The position numbers were made by a program, and so were the translations under genes. A model generated the notes under the pieces. It was not told the DNA's origin. It saw only the letters and a program-made list of their open reading frames with translations, and did not search any database. A stretch of DNA of 64,000 bases from a virus. Positions 47,195 to 57,150 of the stretch are shown here, in pieces. The stretch is taken from IMG/VR virus record IMGVR_UViG_3300044681_000369, positions 1 through 64,000 of that record. The stretch is one strand, 5' to 3'. Positions within the stretch are counted from its first letter, which is position 1. Every line of letters begins with the position of its first letter.

Positions 47195-48400
47195 TTAAAA
47201 AGGCACCTCGTCAGTGGATGCAGGTTCGTTTTCACCCACCGGTTCAGCGGTGTCACTATTAATTGCCTTCGCATCAACCTTGGTGTAAAGATCAAGGAAG
47301 GCAGCCTTGGTATCCGAATCAAAACGGTTCACACACAACTCAACTGCACGGGCACGATTGCCAAACATGGCGAAAGCATTGACAATGTGTTCCAGACGGC
47401 GGGTAGAAATCAGGTCGTCAATACCACCATCGTAGAAAGTCTTACGGATGATTTCAGCCCAGGTGACCAGGTTGTCGGCAAACTCCTCGTCAACCGCACC
47501 AGCCTTTTCCATCTTATTCAGAACAATCTTCTTTTCGACGGCAGCGGAAGGATATTCCTGCTCGACAGTGATAGCGAAACGTTCGAGGAAGGCGTCATCC
47601 AGGATCTGGGCCGAGATGAACTTACCATCATCAGAACCACGACCCTTAGTGTTGGCCGTAGCAATCACATTGAAGCCCGGCGCAGGGTAGACAGTCTCGC
47701 CAGTCTTCTTATTGAAGTAGGGCTTGCCTTCGAGGATTGCCTGGAGGCACATCATCTTATTCGAGCCGCGGTCAATTTCATCCAGAATGAGGATCGCACC
47801 GCGCTTCATGGCAGTGAGAACGGGACCTTCGCGGTACACCACGTTACCATCGATCAGGGTGTTGCCACCGATCAGGTCGTCTTCATCCGTCTCAACTGAG
47901 ATATTGACACGCAAGGCTTCACGCTTTAGGGCCGCGCAAACCTGCTCGACCATGGTGGTCTTGCCGTTACCAGACAGACCAGAGATAAAGGTGGGGTAGA
48001 AGACCTTAGCCTTGATTACCTTGGTCAGGTCCTTGTAGAACCCAAACGGCACAAAGGTCGGATCCTTGAAGGGCACCAGATTGTCTACTGTCACTTCCAT
48101 CTTGGCTTGAGTAAGTACCTTAGCTGGTTCTGCCGCTACTGGACGCGGCTTGGAAACAATCTCGGTAACTGGCGCGGGCTTACTGATAGAAACCACATTG
48201 GCGGCAACCGAAGAACTGTTACCAAGAAAACCATTGAGGTCGTAAACGCCGCGAGAAACGTTATTGTCCTTATTCAACAGCCACTCCAGCTTTTCAATAC
48301 CCATCGGGTGAGCGATGGCAAAAACGTCCTTCTTGCGGAAGAGACCGTTGTTGGTATTGGCCGAACGGAGGGCTTCAATCAAACTATCATTAATATTCAT
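47195..48400 (-). CDS. cobS: CobS-like MoxR AAA+ ATPase
   Basis: GLSGNGKT, DEID, TANTKGRG, AFLERF, ISTRRL. Confidence 0.92.
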   Translation of the reverse strand: MNINDSLIEALRSANTNNGLFRKKDVFAIAHPMGIEKLEWLLNKDNNVSRGVYDLNGFLGNSSSVAANVVSISKPAPVTEIVSKPRPVAAEPAKVLTQAKMEVTVDNLVPFKDPTFVPFGFYKDLTKVIKAKVFYPTFISGLSGNGKTTMVEQVCAALKREALRVNISVETDEDDLIGGNTLIDGNVVYREGPVLTAMKRGAILILDEIDRGSNKMMCLQAILEGKPYFNKKTGETVYPAPGFNVIATANTKGRGSDDGKFISAQILDDAFLERFAITVEQEYPSAAVEKKIVLNKMEKAGAVDEEFADNLVTWAEIIRKTFYDGGIDDLISTRRLEHIVNAFAMFGNRARAVELCVNRFDSDTKAAFLDLYTKVDAKAINSDTAEPVGENEPASTDEVPF

Positions 48401-48444
48401 ATCTCAATCACCTTTTGCATAATAAATCATCAATCAACATGTAT

Positions 48445-48525
48445 ATAATACGAAATCCTGGGGTAAAAGTCAACACATTTTTTAAAGAAAGTGATAACTT
48501 TTACCCTATGGATATCAATAACTTA
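48445..48525 (-). promoter_or_regulatory. Early promoter with upstream IHF-consensus site
   Basis: TTGACT-N17-TATTAT; TATCAATAACTTA at 48513-48525. Confidence 0.75.
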
Positions 48526-50814
48526 CGCAACCGCCTCAATCATCTTGGTAAGCACCGAGCGGCTGGTACCCTTCTTGACCTGCATCTTCTTGAAGGCCTT
48601 CAGGATCTGTCCCTTAGCGGCACCGTCTTCAACCTCAAGAATGTCATCTTCAGTATTGAGACTGCCACCCTTCAGGATAAATTGCTGGTCAAATCCAGAC
48701 ACACCAGAAAGGACTGCGGTACCTTCCTTGAATTCCTTACGAACTTTGTTCCGGGTTTCCCAGTCGATTTCCTTAGTTCCGTAGCAGAGGTCATCAATGT
48801 AATATGCAGCCTGACGCCGGTCAGCCACAAAGAAATTGATTACCCTAGAACCAGTAGTTTGCTTATACAACTTCAAAAGTGCGGTAGCAAACATACGGCG
48901 ATTGCCAGAACCATAACGATCAAACTGACCAGTGCTAGGCTGAATTACAGTAAGATTGGTCTTTGCATCCGTGATTGCCATGTTATTCCTGCCGACACGG
49001 ATATTATTGTCCATAGGCGAGAAGTGACCGTCGCCATCGCCGTCAGTAAGGAACACGGTAGAGAGAACCTCAACACGATACTTAGTCCGGAATTCTTCAG
49101 CCAGATACCGAGCAACCATAATCGACTCTTCCAGAGGAGTGCTAGAAGACAAGCCGATCTTTGCCGAAGTTTCATTGGTAAGACAAACACTGCCACCCAT
49201 TCCAGCCGCTTGACCATATACCAGAAGGTTGCGCATCTGGATCTTGAACTTGGTGGAAGAAACATTGGTGCTAACCAACTGAAGGATACGGAAGTAACTA
49301 TTATCGATTTGAAGGTTTTTAGTGTCAGTGCGGTCATTACGCCCGTAGAGTGCATCCAATTCGGTATACTCTTGCGGGCAATAGTGATTGCTAGTAAAGC
49401 CATAGACTTCAAAAGGAATTCGAACTTTCTGGCAAAACGAAGCCAGAAGAACCAGCTGTTCCATCGTACCTTGAATGTTGGAACGCATTGAGCCAGACAT
49501 ATCCAAGAACATCAGAATGCCGTGGTTCTGCCCGTTGGGCACAACTGTCTGCTGGAGAAAAACATCTTCCGTCAGCTTATATGCCCAAATTTTATCCATG
49601 TTGATGCGACCAGTCTTGGAAGACCGCGCACGGGCAAATTGCTTGGCCTGCTTCTTGCGGTCAAAGTCCTGAACCATTGCATTCAGGTACTTATTATTCT
49701 TTGCAAGAAATTCCGCGTAAACTTTGGCTGGGAAAGCATTGATATCCTCGACAGGATCATTATTGTAAAACGGATAATACCGGCTGGTCTGGGACTCAAT
49801 CTTGACATTATTGTGGAAATAATCAACACCGAGAATAAAGTCAGCGGGGTTCAACTTGCCGAGGCGTACATAGGTATTTTCGCGGGCGTTGTCATCCAGA
49901 AGACTGTCCTCGCTTTCACGGAACTTTTGATCCGTGTAGCTAGACGGCTCAGACGGCTCTTGGTCTTCCTGAAATTCACCACCACTACCAGGAGTGGAAT
50001 CAGTATCGGCACTGTCCTTGTCTTGATTTTCGGTATTGTCTGATTCGGCATCAGAAGACTCGGCAGTTTCATCGGCAGCCGCCTCTTCAGCAAGATCACT
50101 CTTTTCATTAGACGAGCCGGGTTCGGCCTGAGCGTCCTCTTGCGGTTCGGTCTGCTCACCAACAGGAGCATCAGACGGCATATCAAGGCCATCCATTTCC
50201 ATTTCTTCAGCCAGAGACTGCATGGCATCCATGAAGTCTTCCCACTGAGACTCCTCTTGAGTGGTGTCAGCCCGCTCATAGAGTTCGGTAGCCAGGGCTA
50301 CCACATCGTCCCAGGTATTCAGAGTGTCAAGACGGTTAACAAAGGCTTGTTCATCAGCCGAGAACTTGATGTTAAGGAAAGAGCCAATCTTGGCGTAAAG
50401 ATTGATACGGTCGATAAACTTTAGCTTGTTAACGTCCATACCCTTGACGCCAAAGAAGTCCTTGTCGAACAATTCTTTGTAGCCGTTGAAAAACGAACGG
50501 CGAAGACCTGGATACTTTTCCTTCTGCATCCGTTCGATACGGGCGTCTTCAATGATGTTGAGAAAGCCCTTGAAGCCGCTGCCACGCTCACTCACGGAGT
50601 CGTGCCAACCTTCTTTGGGGGTGTTGAGGGCGTGACCAACCTCGTGACCAATAAGCAGGTCATAAAGATCGGGCGACATGTTTTTCCAGATGGGGAGAAC
50701 TACCGTGCGGGTAGCCAGGTCGAAGTAGGCAGTCTGTACCTTCTTATGTTCGACCGAGATGTTTTCAGTAGCCAGCAGTTTGGCTAGAATGGACTTTTCA
50801 GCAACATTGGTCAT
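48523..50814 (-). CDS. CobT-like protein: HExxH metallopeptidase, acidic linker, vWA domain
   Basis: HEVGH, EDARIE, DMSGS MIDAS, TP, LTDG. Confidence 0.88.
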   Translation of the reverse strand: MTNVAEKSILAKLLATENISVEHKKVQTAYFDLATRTVVLPIWKNMSPDLYDLLIGHEVGHALNTPKEGWHDSVSERGSGFKGFLNIIEDARIERMQKEKYPGLRRSFFNGYKELFDKDFFGVKGMDVNKLKFIDRINLYAKIGSFLNIKFSADEQAFVNRLDTLNTWDDVVALATELYERADTTQEESQWEDFMDAMQSLAEEMEMDGLDMPSDAPVGEQTEPQEDAQAEPGSSNEKSDLAEEAAADETAESSDAESDNTENQDKDSADTDSTPGSGGEFQEDQEPSEPSSYTDQKFRESEDSLLDDNARENTYVRLGKLNPADFILGVDYFHNNVKIESQTSRYYPFYNNDPVEDINAFPAKVYAEFLAKNNKYLNAMVQDFDRKKQAKQFARARSSKTGRINMDKIWAYKLTEDVFLQQTVVPNGQNHGILMFLDMSGSMRSNIQGTMEQLVLLASFCQKVRIPFEVYGFTSNHYCPQEYTELDALYGRNDRTDTKNLQIDNSYFRILQLVSTNVSSTKFKIQMRNLLVYGQAAGMGGSVCLTNETSAKIGLSSSTPLEESIMVARYLAEEFRTKYRVEVLSTVFLTDGDGDGHFSPMDNNIRVGRNNMAITDAKTNLTVIQPSTGQFDRYGSGNRRMFATALLKLYKQTTGSRVINFFVADRRQAAYYIDDLCYGTKEIDWETRNKVRKEFKEGTAVLSGVSGFDQQFILKGGSLNTEDDILEVEDGAAKGQILKAFKKMQVKKGTSRSVLTKMIEAVA

Positions 50815-50847
50815 AAATCAACTCACATAATCATCATCAACATGTAT

Positions 50848-50928
50848 ATAATAGCAAAAGGGCTGACCGTAGTCAACCCTTTTTATCGTTTTTTTCAAAT
50901 TTTCTTTTCGTTTGGAATCAACCACTTA
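50848..50928 (-). promoter_or_regulatory. Early promoter with upstream IHF-consensus site
   Basis: TTGACT-N17-TATTAT; AATCAACCACTTA at 50916-50928. Confidence 0.75.
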
Positions 50929-51282
50929 GCGACATACATGTTCCGCCAAGCGATATGGACGACCATACCTGTCAAATTCCGTGGTGTATACTGTATAACA
51001 CTTGACTCGGTAAGGCATATCACGGTAAACACCACGATAGCGGCGATCCTCATAGCGAGTGTCAGGGTAGTCATACCCACCACAACCACGACGGCAAGCG
51101 TCTCTACCACCGCGATGTCCGCGGTCATCATCCAAGGCTTCGTTGATTGCCGCACCAATAATGATGCCACCGATCAGTACGGCTGCATCGTTGTTACGTC
51201 TCCCATGATCGGCATATGCAGGTGAAGACACCATAAAAGCCAGAGCAAGGGCAGAAGCAACAGTAGCAATTTTCTTAATCAT
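50926..51282 (-). CDS. Secreted Gly/Arg/Tyr-rich small protein
   Basis: Signal peptide with AYA, glycine-zipper LIGGIIIGA, Cys pairs. Confidence 0.7.
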   Translation of the reverse strand: MIKKIATVASALALAFMVSSPAYADHGRRNNDAAVLIGGIIIGAAINEALDDDRGHRGGRDACRRGCGGYDYPDTRYEDRRYRGVYRDMPYRVKCYTVYTTEFDRYGRPYRLAEHVCR

Positions 51283-51313
51283 TTCTGTATCTCCAGATTT
51301 ATCTCACAGTTAT

Positions 51314-51382
51314 ATATTAACATATACCTATGGCAAGTCAATACTTTTTTAAAACTTTAACCGTAGCAAAATCAAGCACTTA
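51314..51382 (-). promoter_or_regulatory. Early promoter with upstream IHF-consensus site
   Basis: TTGACT-N16-TAATAT; AATCAAGCACTTA at 51370-51382. Confidence 0.65.
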
Positions 51383-51631
51383 GAAAGTTTTCTGCAAAAT
51401 ATACGATACGGGCTGAACCACCTTGATTTCGTGGCGTACTCCGTTGACATCGTTGAATATAAAATGCTTATCGCTAACCTTTATTACCTTAGATAGAGTG
51501 TATACCTTTAGTGTAGTGGACTCAAGTCTTGTTCCGTCTGGCAAAACTTTTACATCATCTGGAAAATAGATAGTCAACTCCCATCTATCCACAAACAGCC
51601 ACTTTAAAAAGTTTTTAATAGAGGTTAACAT
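51380..51631 (-). CDS. Hypothetical late protein
   Basis: ORF 5 nt after a late promoter. Confidence 0.7.
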   Translation of the reverse strand: MLTSIKNFLKWLFVDRWELTIYFPDDVKVLPDGTRLESTTLKVYTLSKVIKVSDKHFIFNDVNGVRHEIKVVQPVSYILQKTF

Positions 51632-51636
51632 GAAAC

Positions 51637-51644
51637 TATTTATA
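51637..51644 (-). promoter_or_regulatory. T4-type late promoter
   Basis: TATAAATA. Confidence 0.7.
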
Positions 51645-52296
51645 CTTCGTCGGATGTTTCCTGAGTCTTCTCAATCTTCTTTGTTCTTTTTGATCTAGTT
51701 TTATTTTTCACTTCATCTGGTTTCTGAAGTTTCTGAAGTCTCTTTATAACTTCTTGGGCATCCATCCAAATGTCTTTATTGTCCAACATAGATTTAATTT
51801 CATCGTTGGTCAGGAAGTCCTTATAAAAAGAAGTAAACAGTTTTTCAGACCACGTTCTGAAGTGTGTGATTTGATCATACATTTCTCCACCTTTGCCCAT
51901 GGCACCACTAGAGTAATTGTGGAACATAAACATGGTGTGATCGGACACCTCGTATGAATGACCAGCTAAGAAAATTAAGGTTGCGGCAGACATGCATATG
52001 CCTTCAACAGACACAATCACATGACCTTTACATTCTTCAATTGCTCTAACTAACTGAAGTGTTGCAAATAGATCGCCACCCTCGCTGTTAATACGAATGT
52101 AGACAACATCGTTTTCGCTTACGCCTCGAAGAATTTGAAACCATTCAACATACTCTTCTGCGCCTTGTATTGGTCCACAAAGATATAGATTTATTACCCT
52201 TGCGATGGGTTGCTCAAAGAACTTCGGTCTAAACAACGCTTCAATATCGTTCGTAGTATCTGGTAATTGCTGTGATTTTTTCGATTTGCGCATCAA
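51640..52296 (-). CDS. ClpP-like protease
   Basis: INSEGG, CMSAATLI (Ser), FMFH (His), DIWM. Confidence 0.85.
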   Translation of the reverse strand: MMRKSKKSQQLPDTTNDIEALFRPKFFEQPIARVINLYLCGPIQGAEEYVEWFQILRGVSENDVVYIRINSEGGDLFATLQLVRAIEECKGHVIVSVEGICMSAATLIFLAGHSYEVSDHTMFMFHNYSSGAMGKGGEMYDQITHFRTWSEKLFTSFYKDFLTNDEIKSMLDNKDIWMDAQEVIKRLQKLQKPDEVKNKTRSKRTKKIEKTQETSDEV

Positions 52297-52621
52297 TGAT
52301 TGCTACCCTGTTTGGCCAATGAATGTATTCCTTTTCTGGATTCTTCATTAGGTTATATAATAGTGGAAGAATTAAATTTTCTACGTCCTTGAGTTTAGAT
52401 GCCACATCGGATTCAACTAGAGCCTTGTATTGCTCTACTTGTGCACCGTTATCCATTCCGATTAGTTTCGACTCAAGATCAAAAAGTTTTTTCATGATCT
52501 CGTCTTTCAGGTCTCCGGTATCAACGGTTACCTGAGTTGTAGTAGGTTGTGCTTGAACCTCTACAGGATCTTCAAACGAAAATCCAAAATCATAAGTTGT
52601 GTTGGAGATATTTCCTGACAT
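52241..52621 (-). CDS. Conserved hypothetical protein
   Basis: DFGFS, PLLYNLMKNPEKEYIHWPNR. Confidence 0.8.
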   Translation of the reverse strand: MSGNISNTTYDFGFSFEDPVEVQAQPTTTQVTVDTGDLKDEIMKKLFDLESKLIGMDNGAQVEQYKALVESDVASKLKDVENLILPLLYNLMKNPEKEYIHWPNRVAIIDAQIEKITAITRYYERY

Positions 52622-53108
52622 ATTTCTTTGCTCTCTTTTCTAGTGATTTTAATGCCATCTTCATCTTTAACTCAGACGCATGATCAGAAAAATTCAAGCC
52701 TTCCATATGATCATATTCATGCTGAAAAATTCTAGCAGGCAAACCATCCAGTTCTTCAACAATAGTTTCGCCCGTCTCATTTTGATAGCTTACAACTACA
52801 GACTTAGGTCGCTTAATATTTAGCCATAGTCCAGGATAACTCAAGCATCCTTCCTTGGCAATATTGGTTTCTTCAGATGTGGAAATAATCTTAGGATTAA
52901 ATACATTCTTTCTGTTGTTTTGATCCACGCCCATAACAAAAACTCTAGCATCGATTCCAACTTGATTTGCGGAAAGACCTAGACCCTTTAATTGTCTACA
53001 TTTATTCCAAAGATCGTTAGCCAAATCTCTGGCAGATGTGGTTTCATCAAACACAAAGACTGATGGTTTGACTCTAAGTTTTGGATCGGTAAATTTAAGA
53101 AGTTGCAT
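52590..53108 (-). CDS. def: Peptide deformylase
   Basis: GLGLSANQ, EGCLS, QHEYDH. Confidence 0.95.
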   Translation of the reverse strand: MQLLKFTDPKLRVKPSVFVFDETTSARDLANDLWNKCRQLKGLGLSANQVGIDARVFVMGVDQNNRKNVFNPKIISTSEETNIAKEGCLSYPGLWLNIKRPKSVVVSYQNETGETIVEELDGLPARIFQHEYDHMEGLNFSDHASELKMKMALKSLEKRAKKYVRKYLQHNL

Positions 53109-53109
53109 A

Positions 53110-54825
53110 TTATACTACCATCTCACTATAGTTATTTTTCTTTTCGAACCGAATCAAACTACGGAACTTATCGAATAGTTGATCACCCTTATGACTGATA
53201 ACAAAGATGTTTGTCTCTTCGCCCATTGTATTTAGCAAGTTCATAACAAAGTCTGTACCATTATTATCTAGCGAGGAATCAAAAACCTCATCCAGAATTA
53301 ATAGATTGGTTGCCACAGAATTCTTCATCTTTGCAATAGTTCGCCAAGTAAATAACAATGCTAGGTCAATACGTTGCTTTTCTCCTTCAGAGAAAGATGC
53401 ATAGCTAAATGTATCACGATGGCGAGACTTTATAGTCTCATTGAACTTTTCGTCCAAATTAAATTGGACAAAGAAGTCCATAGACTGCAAATATTTATTT
53501 ACCAACTTGTTGATTACCGGCAAATATTGCCGAATAATTTTCGTCTTAATACCGGTATCTTTAAGAAGTGCGGCAGCGGCATCAAGATAATGCTTTTCTT
53601 CATTCAAACTGGACTTCTCATGATTTTGAGTAACCACATCTTTAGCCAAAGTCTTTAGCTTCGATTTCTCCACATCGATATCACCAGTCTTGCTGATAAT
53701 ATCATTGAGTTCCAAGTTTAGTGTTTGAATTAACCTCTGTTGTACGATAATTTCATTGTTCAACCCTTGAATTGCAGTGTTGATATTGTTTATCGATTGG
53801 GTTAATTTTTCATCCTCTGCAACCAAGGCTTCAACCTTAGCAAACTCCGCATCAAGTTTTTCAATACCCGCATTGATCTCTTCAATCTTAGCTTCTCTAA
53901 TTACCAAAATTGTTTGCTTGTGGTGGTGCGGTATGCCTTGCTGACAGGTAGGACATTCATCTGTTTCATTATAGAATGTAACTTCCTTGTTAAGGTCTCG
54001 CAGTTGCGAGGAAAACTTGCTCTTGAATAGTTCAAGTTTCTTCTGCTTATCCTTATAATTACCAAGGGCATTTCTAGCATCTTCACAGACCGTTTTGCCG
54101 GTTTCTTTGAGTGCTACATTTTTGGAAAGAGTATCGATTTCGGTCTGACAACTTACAATCTTGGCATTGATTTCATCAACTCGTTTATCTTTATTTGCTT
54201 GTAGGGTGTCAACATATTCTTTCTGAATAGCGGTCTTCTGCTTTAGAAGTTCCAGCTTGTTTTCGGCATCCTGAAGTTTAGCCTTAAGCTCGTTTGTTTT
54301 ATCCTTCAGTACGGTATTCATTGTAGTGAAAATCTGAATGTCCAGGATGTCTTCAATAATTTCTCGTCTTGTGGCGGCAGGCAATTGCATAAAGGGTGTA
54401 AATGACGCAGACCCTAGAATTACAATCTGTGTAAAAGACTTGAAGTTCAACTTTAGAATTGATTCCTCTAGATACTTTTGGTAATCTCTAGCGGCTGCAT
54501 CTTGGTTTATAAGTTGATCATTAATATAAATTTCAAATATACCTGGCTTAATACCCCTAACAATACGATAAGTTTTGCCAGACAGAACAAACTCTACATG
54601 CACCTCCGTCTGCTTATCATTGATTGTATTTACCAACTGTGGCTTATTGATGTTTCGAAAGGGTTTGCCAAATAGAGCAAAGCACAATGCATCTAGCATC
54701 GTGGACTTACCACTGCCATTCTCACCAACTATAAGGGTGTTTGGAGATCGATCTAATTTAATCTCGGTAAACTGATTACCAGTGGAAAGAAAATTGCGAT
54801 ACTTTATGCTCTTAAAATAAATCAT
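53110..54825 (-). CDS. gp46: Rad50-like recombination ATPase
   Basis: GENGSGKS, CPTC hook, FSEGE, LDEVFD. Confidence 0.97.
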   Translation of the reverse strand: MIYFKSIKYRNFLSTGNQFTEIKLDRSPNTLIVGENGSGKSTMLDALCFALFGKPFRNINKPQLVNTINDKQTEVHVEFVLSGKTYRIVRGIKPGIFEIYINDQLINQDAAARDYQKYLEESILKLNFKSFTQIVILGSASFTPFMQLPAATRREIIEDILDIQIFTTMNTVLKDKTNELKAKLQDAENKLELLKQKTAIQKEYVDTLQANKDKRVDEINAKIVSCQTEIDTLSKNVALKETGKTVCEDARNALGNYKDKQKKLELFKSKFSSQLRDLNKEVTFYNETDECPTCQQGIPHHHKQTILVIREAKIEEINAGIEKLDAEFAKVEALVAEDEKLTQSINNINTAIQGLNNEIIVQQRLIQTLNLELNDIISKTGDIDVEKSKLKTLAKDVVTQNHEKSSLNEEKHYLDAAAALLKDTGIKTKIIRQYLPVINKLVNKYLQSMDFFVQFNLDEKFNETIKSRHRDTFSYASFSEGEKQRIDLALLFTWRTIAKMKNSVATNLLILDEVFDSSLDNNGTDFVMNLLNTMGEETNIFVISHKGDQLFDKFRSLIRFEKKNNYSEMVV

Positions 54826-55877
54826 GTTGTAATATTCTGAGCCTCAACATATAGTGTTCTTAGCAAAGTTTTGATCTTAGACTTATCTAGATCCGTGCTA
54901 ATGGTATCGATGTAGTCATCTAGCACGGACATAGTATCTTCGACATTCAAGTCCTCGTCATCTGTTGCATCTGCTTCAAATTCCGAAAAGTCTTCTATAA
55001 TTTTTAACTCTACCAGATCACAATCATATAGCTTATCAACAAACCGATCAAACTTATAGAAGTCAGTCTTCTTTACCACAACCAAACGAACACATTTGCC
55101 ATTATACTTTTCACACACTGGTTCGGCAAGAGTTTCTTTGGTGTCATCATAATATATCTTCTCAAAAATCCTGTTTGGATTTTCATGAAACTCTATCTGA
55201 TTTGTTTCCGTATCGTAGATATGATATCCTCTAGGATCATCATAGTCAGACCAAGTAAGCTCGTAACTATTCCCAAGATAAGAAATATTACCCCGGGTAC
55301 TACGATGATGAAAGTGACCGCTACAAACGAGAGGAAAATTTCTAAAGTTAGTAGTGTCCATTCCGTGGTCGTTTTTATGACCTCTATACATTTCAAACCC
55401 AGAGAATTCAAAATGTCCAAAAACTGCTTGAGCATTGCTCTTCTCCACAATCTTCATGGTAGCTTCATAGTTACTAGAATTTATCCAGGGAACAAGCAAC
55501 AACTTCTTCCCAGAAATAATAATCTCTTCTGCTTCGGAATAAGTAACGATGTTTCCGTATTCTCCCAGTAAGAGATCCAATGAGTTGACTTCATTGGTGT
55601 TCTTAAAAAACGTGTCATGATTACCGGCAAGCATATGAACATCTATGCCCAGTTTCATGGTATTATCAAAGAAGTATTCTTTGCAGTTTTTTAATGTGTT
55701 GTAGTTGATATACTTTCTTCGATCAAATACATCACCAAGATGGATAATCGTTTTGATTTCTTCCTTCTCTAAATGCGGAAAGAAGGTCTCTTCGTAAAAT
55801 TTACGAAAGAACTTATCAAAAGGAATAGAATCGGATCTTGCGCCGAAATGCGTGTCCGTGATTAGGGCAATCTTCAT
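54822..55877 (-). CDS. gp47: Mre11-like nuclease
   Basis: TDTHFG, GDVFD, GNHD, SGHFH. Confidence 0.97.
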   Translation of the reverse strand: MKIALITDTHFGARSDSIPFDKFFRKFYEETFFPHLEKEEIKTIIHLGDVFDRRKYINYNTLKNCKEYFFDNTMKLGIDVHMLAGNHDTFFKNTNEVNSLDLLLGEYGNIVTYSEAEEIIISGKKLLLVPWINSSNYEATMKIVEKSNAQAVFGHFEFSGFEMYRGHKNDHGMDTTNFRNFPLVCSGHFHHRSTRGNISYLGNSYELTWSDYDDPRGYHIYDTETNQIEFHENPNRIFEKIYYDDTKETLAEPVCEKYNGKCVRLVVVKKTDFYKFDRFVDKLYDCDLVELKIIEDFSEFEADATDDEDLNVEDTMSVLDDYIDTISTDLDKSKIKTLLRTLYVEAQNITT

Positions 55878-56419
55878 GAAGTAAGAACCTTAATTAGTGT
55901 CTTGGTTTGACTCAGCGCATCATCTAGTGCATGATGGTGTGTATCATTTTCCGACTTGCGAATATCGGAATTTCTGATGCCCATAAGGTTCATCACAGTT
56001 CTAAAACACATGATATTCCAGTGCTTCCAAGGATATCTAGATACACCGACAGCCTCAAATGCTTCCTCAAGAATAGTAACGTCAAAAGAGGCGCCGTTGC
56101 CCCAAATCATAATCTCATCATTGCCGCACCATTCATAAAACTTATTCATTGCAACCGTTAGTGGTTGCGGATCAACAAGCAATGCTTTGAGTGCTTCCTT
56201 ATTCTGTTCGCTCCACCATTTTACGGTGTCTTTAGACACATGTAATCCTGCTTCTTTGCAGGACTTACCGTCAACATTAATATAAAACGTATCAATAATA
56301 CCCTTACCAAGGGTAAACCTTACCGCTCCTATCGACAGGATGGTAGCGTTTGCTCTAGTGCTAAGGGTCTCAAGGTCCACCATAATATGAACCTGATTTG
56401 GATCTGTAGGATTTGCCAT
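55874..56419 (-). CDS. DEDDh 3'-5' exonuclease (DexA-like)
   Basis: DLET, WGNGASFD, HHALDDA. Confidence 0.88.
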   Translation of the reverse strand: MANPTDPNQVHIMVDLETLSTRANATILSIGAVRFTLGKGIIDTFYINVDGKSCKEAGLHVSKDTVKWWSEQNKEALKALLVDPQPLTVAMNKFYEWCGNDEIMIWGNGASFDVTILEEAFEAVGVSRYPWKHWNIMCFRTVMNLMGIRNSDIRKSENDTHHHALDDALSQTKTLIKVLTS

Positions 56420-56451
56420 TGTTAATTGGTTCTCAAATTGCCATTCCGACC

Positions 56452-56480
56452 AGTTTAATCTAAATCTAGCTCATTGTCAA
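56452..56480 (-). promoter_or_regulatory. Sigma70-type promoter
   Basis: TTGACA-N17-TAAACT. Confidence 0.65.
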
Positions 56481-57024
56481 TAGATTTTTTGTCAAGATAT
56501 TTTGGTCTTCGTTTTGGAATATTTCTAGGCGGTTCACCAGATGGCCGATCATGATCTTCTACCATATCAATCTGCTTTTTCAGATAATCGATAAATTCGT
56601 TGTGATACTCATCACCGTCATGCTCTTGCGTGACTAAATCATGTATGTCTAGGCTCTTGATGTACCGATATTTTGCCGCCTGCATTTTCTTTTCCTTCTG
56701 AATGCGGCGCAAAAATGCATAGTATGTGATCTGGGTAAAGTATGCAAAAGGATTCTTGGACTTGTCAGGATCAAAGTTGTCGATATAGGTAATGCAGTTT
56801 TCTATACCGTCAAGGATCATTTCCTCACGATAGGTATAGTTGATAAAGTTGGACTTATACGCAAGATGATTTGCAATCTTTAGAAAGCATTCGCCAATGT
56901 AGTTTGGCACCCTAGGCTTTTCTTTACCCGCATCTTTTGCTTCAATAACACTCTTTCTATATGCAACCATTGCTTCTAAAAAGTCGGCGTTATTGACGTA
57001 ATGTGCGTTCTTCTGTTTGTTCAT
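56455..57024 (-). CDS. gp55: Late sigma factor
   Basis: HYVNN, NFINYTYREEMILDGIENC, NPFAYFTQ; GGAG RBS before 57024. Confidence 0.97.
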   Translation of the reverse strand: MNKQKNAHYVNNADFLEAMVAYRKSVIEAKDAGKEKPRVPNYIGECFLKIANHLAYKSNFINYTYREEMILDGIENCITYIDNFDPDKSKNPFAYFTQITYYAFLRRIQKEKKMQAAKYRYIKSLDIHDLVTQEHDGDEYHNEFIDYLKKQIDMVEDHDRPSGEPPRNIPKRRPKYLDKKSIDNELDLD

Positions 57025-57048
57025 AATTACTCCATTACCATTTTGTTC

Positions 57049-57077
57049 ATCATACACTCATAATGTTACGTTGTCAA
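57049..57077 (-). promoter_or_regulatory. Sigma70-type promoter of gp55
   Basis: TTGACA-N17-TATGAT. Confidence 0.75.
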
Positions 57078-57099
57078 GAGAAAAAAATTTAAAAATCTA

Positions 57100-57128
57100 T
57101 TGACGACCCCGCCATCCGTCTATATAAT
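57100..57128 (+). promoter_or_regulatory. Divergent plus-strand sigma70 promoter with no downstream ORF
   Basis: TTGACG-N17-TATAAT with upstream A-tracts. Confidence 0.65.
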
Positions 57129-57150
57129 AGGCTGTGTAAGCCTTTAAGAA

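Noticed and set aside
47006-50043. Long plus-strand ORFs (297, 358, 173 aa)
   Set aside because: Antisense shadows of GC3-rich cobS/cobT-like genes; no motifs, RBS or promoter recognised
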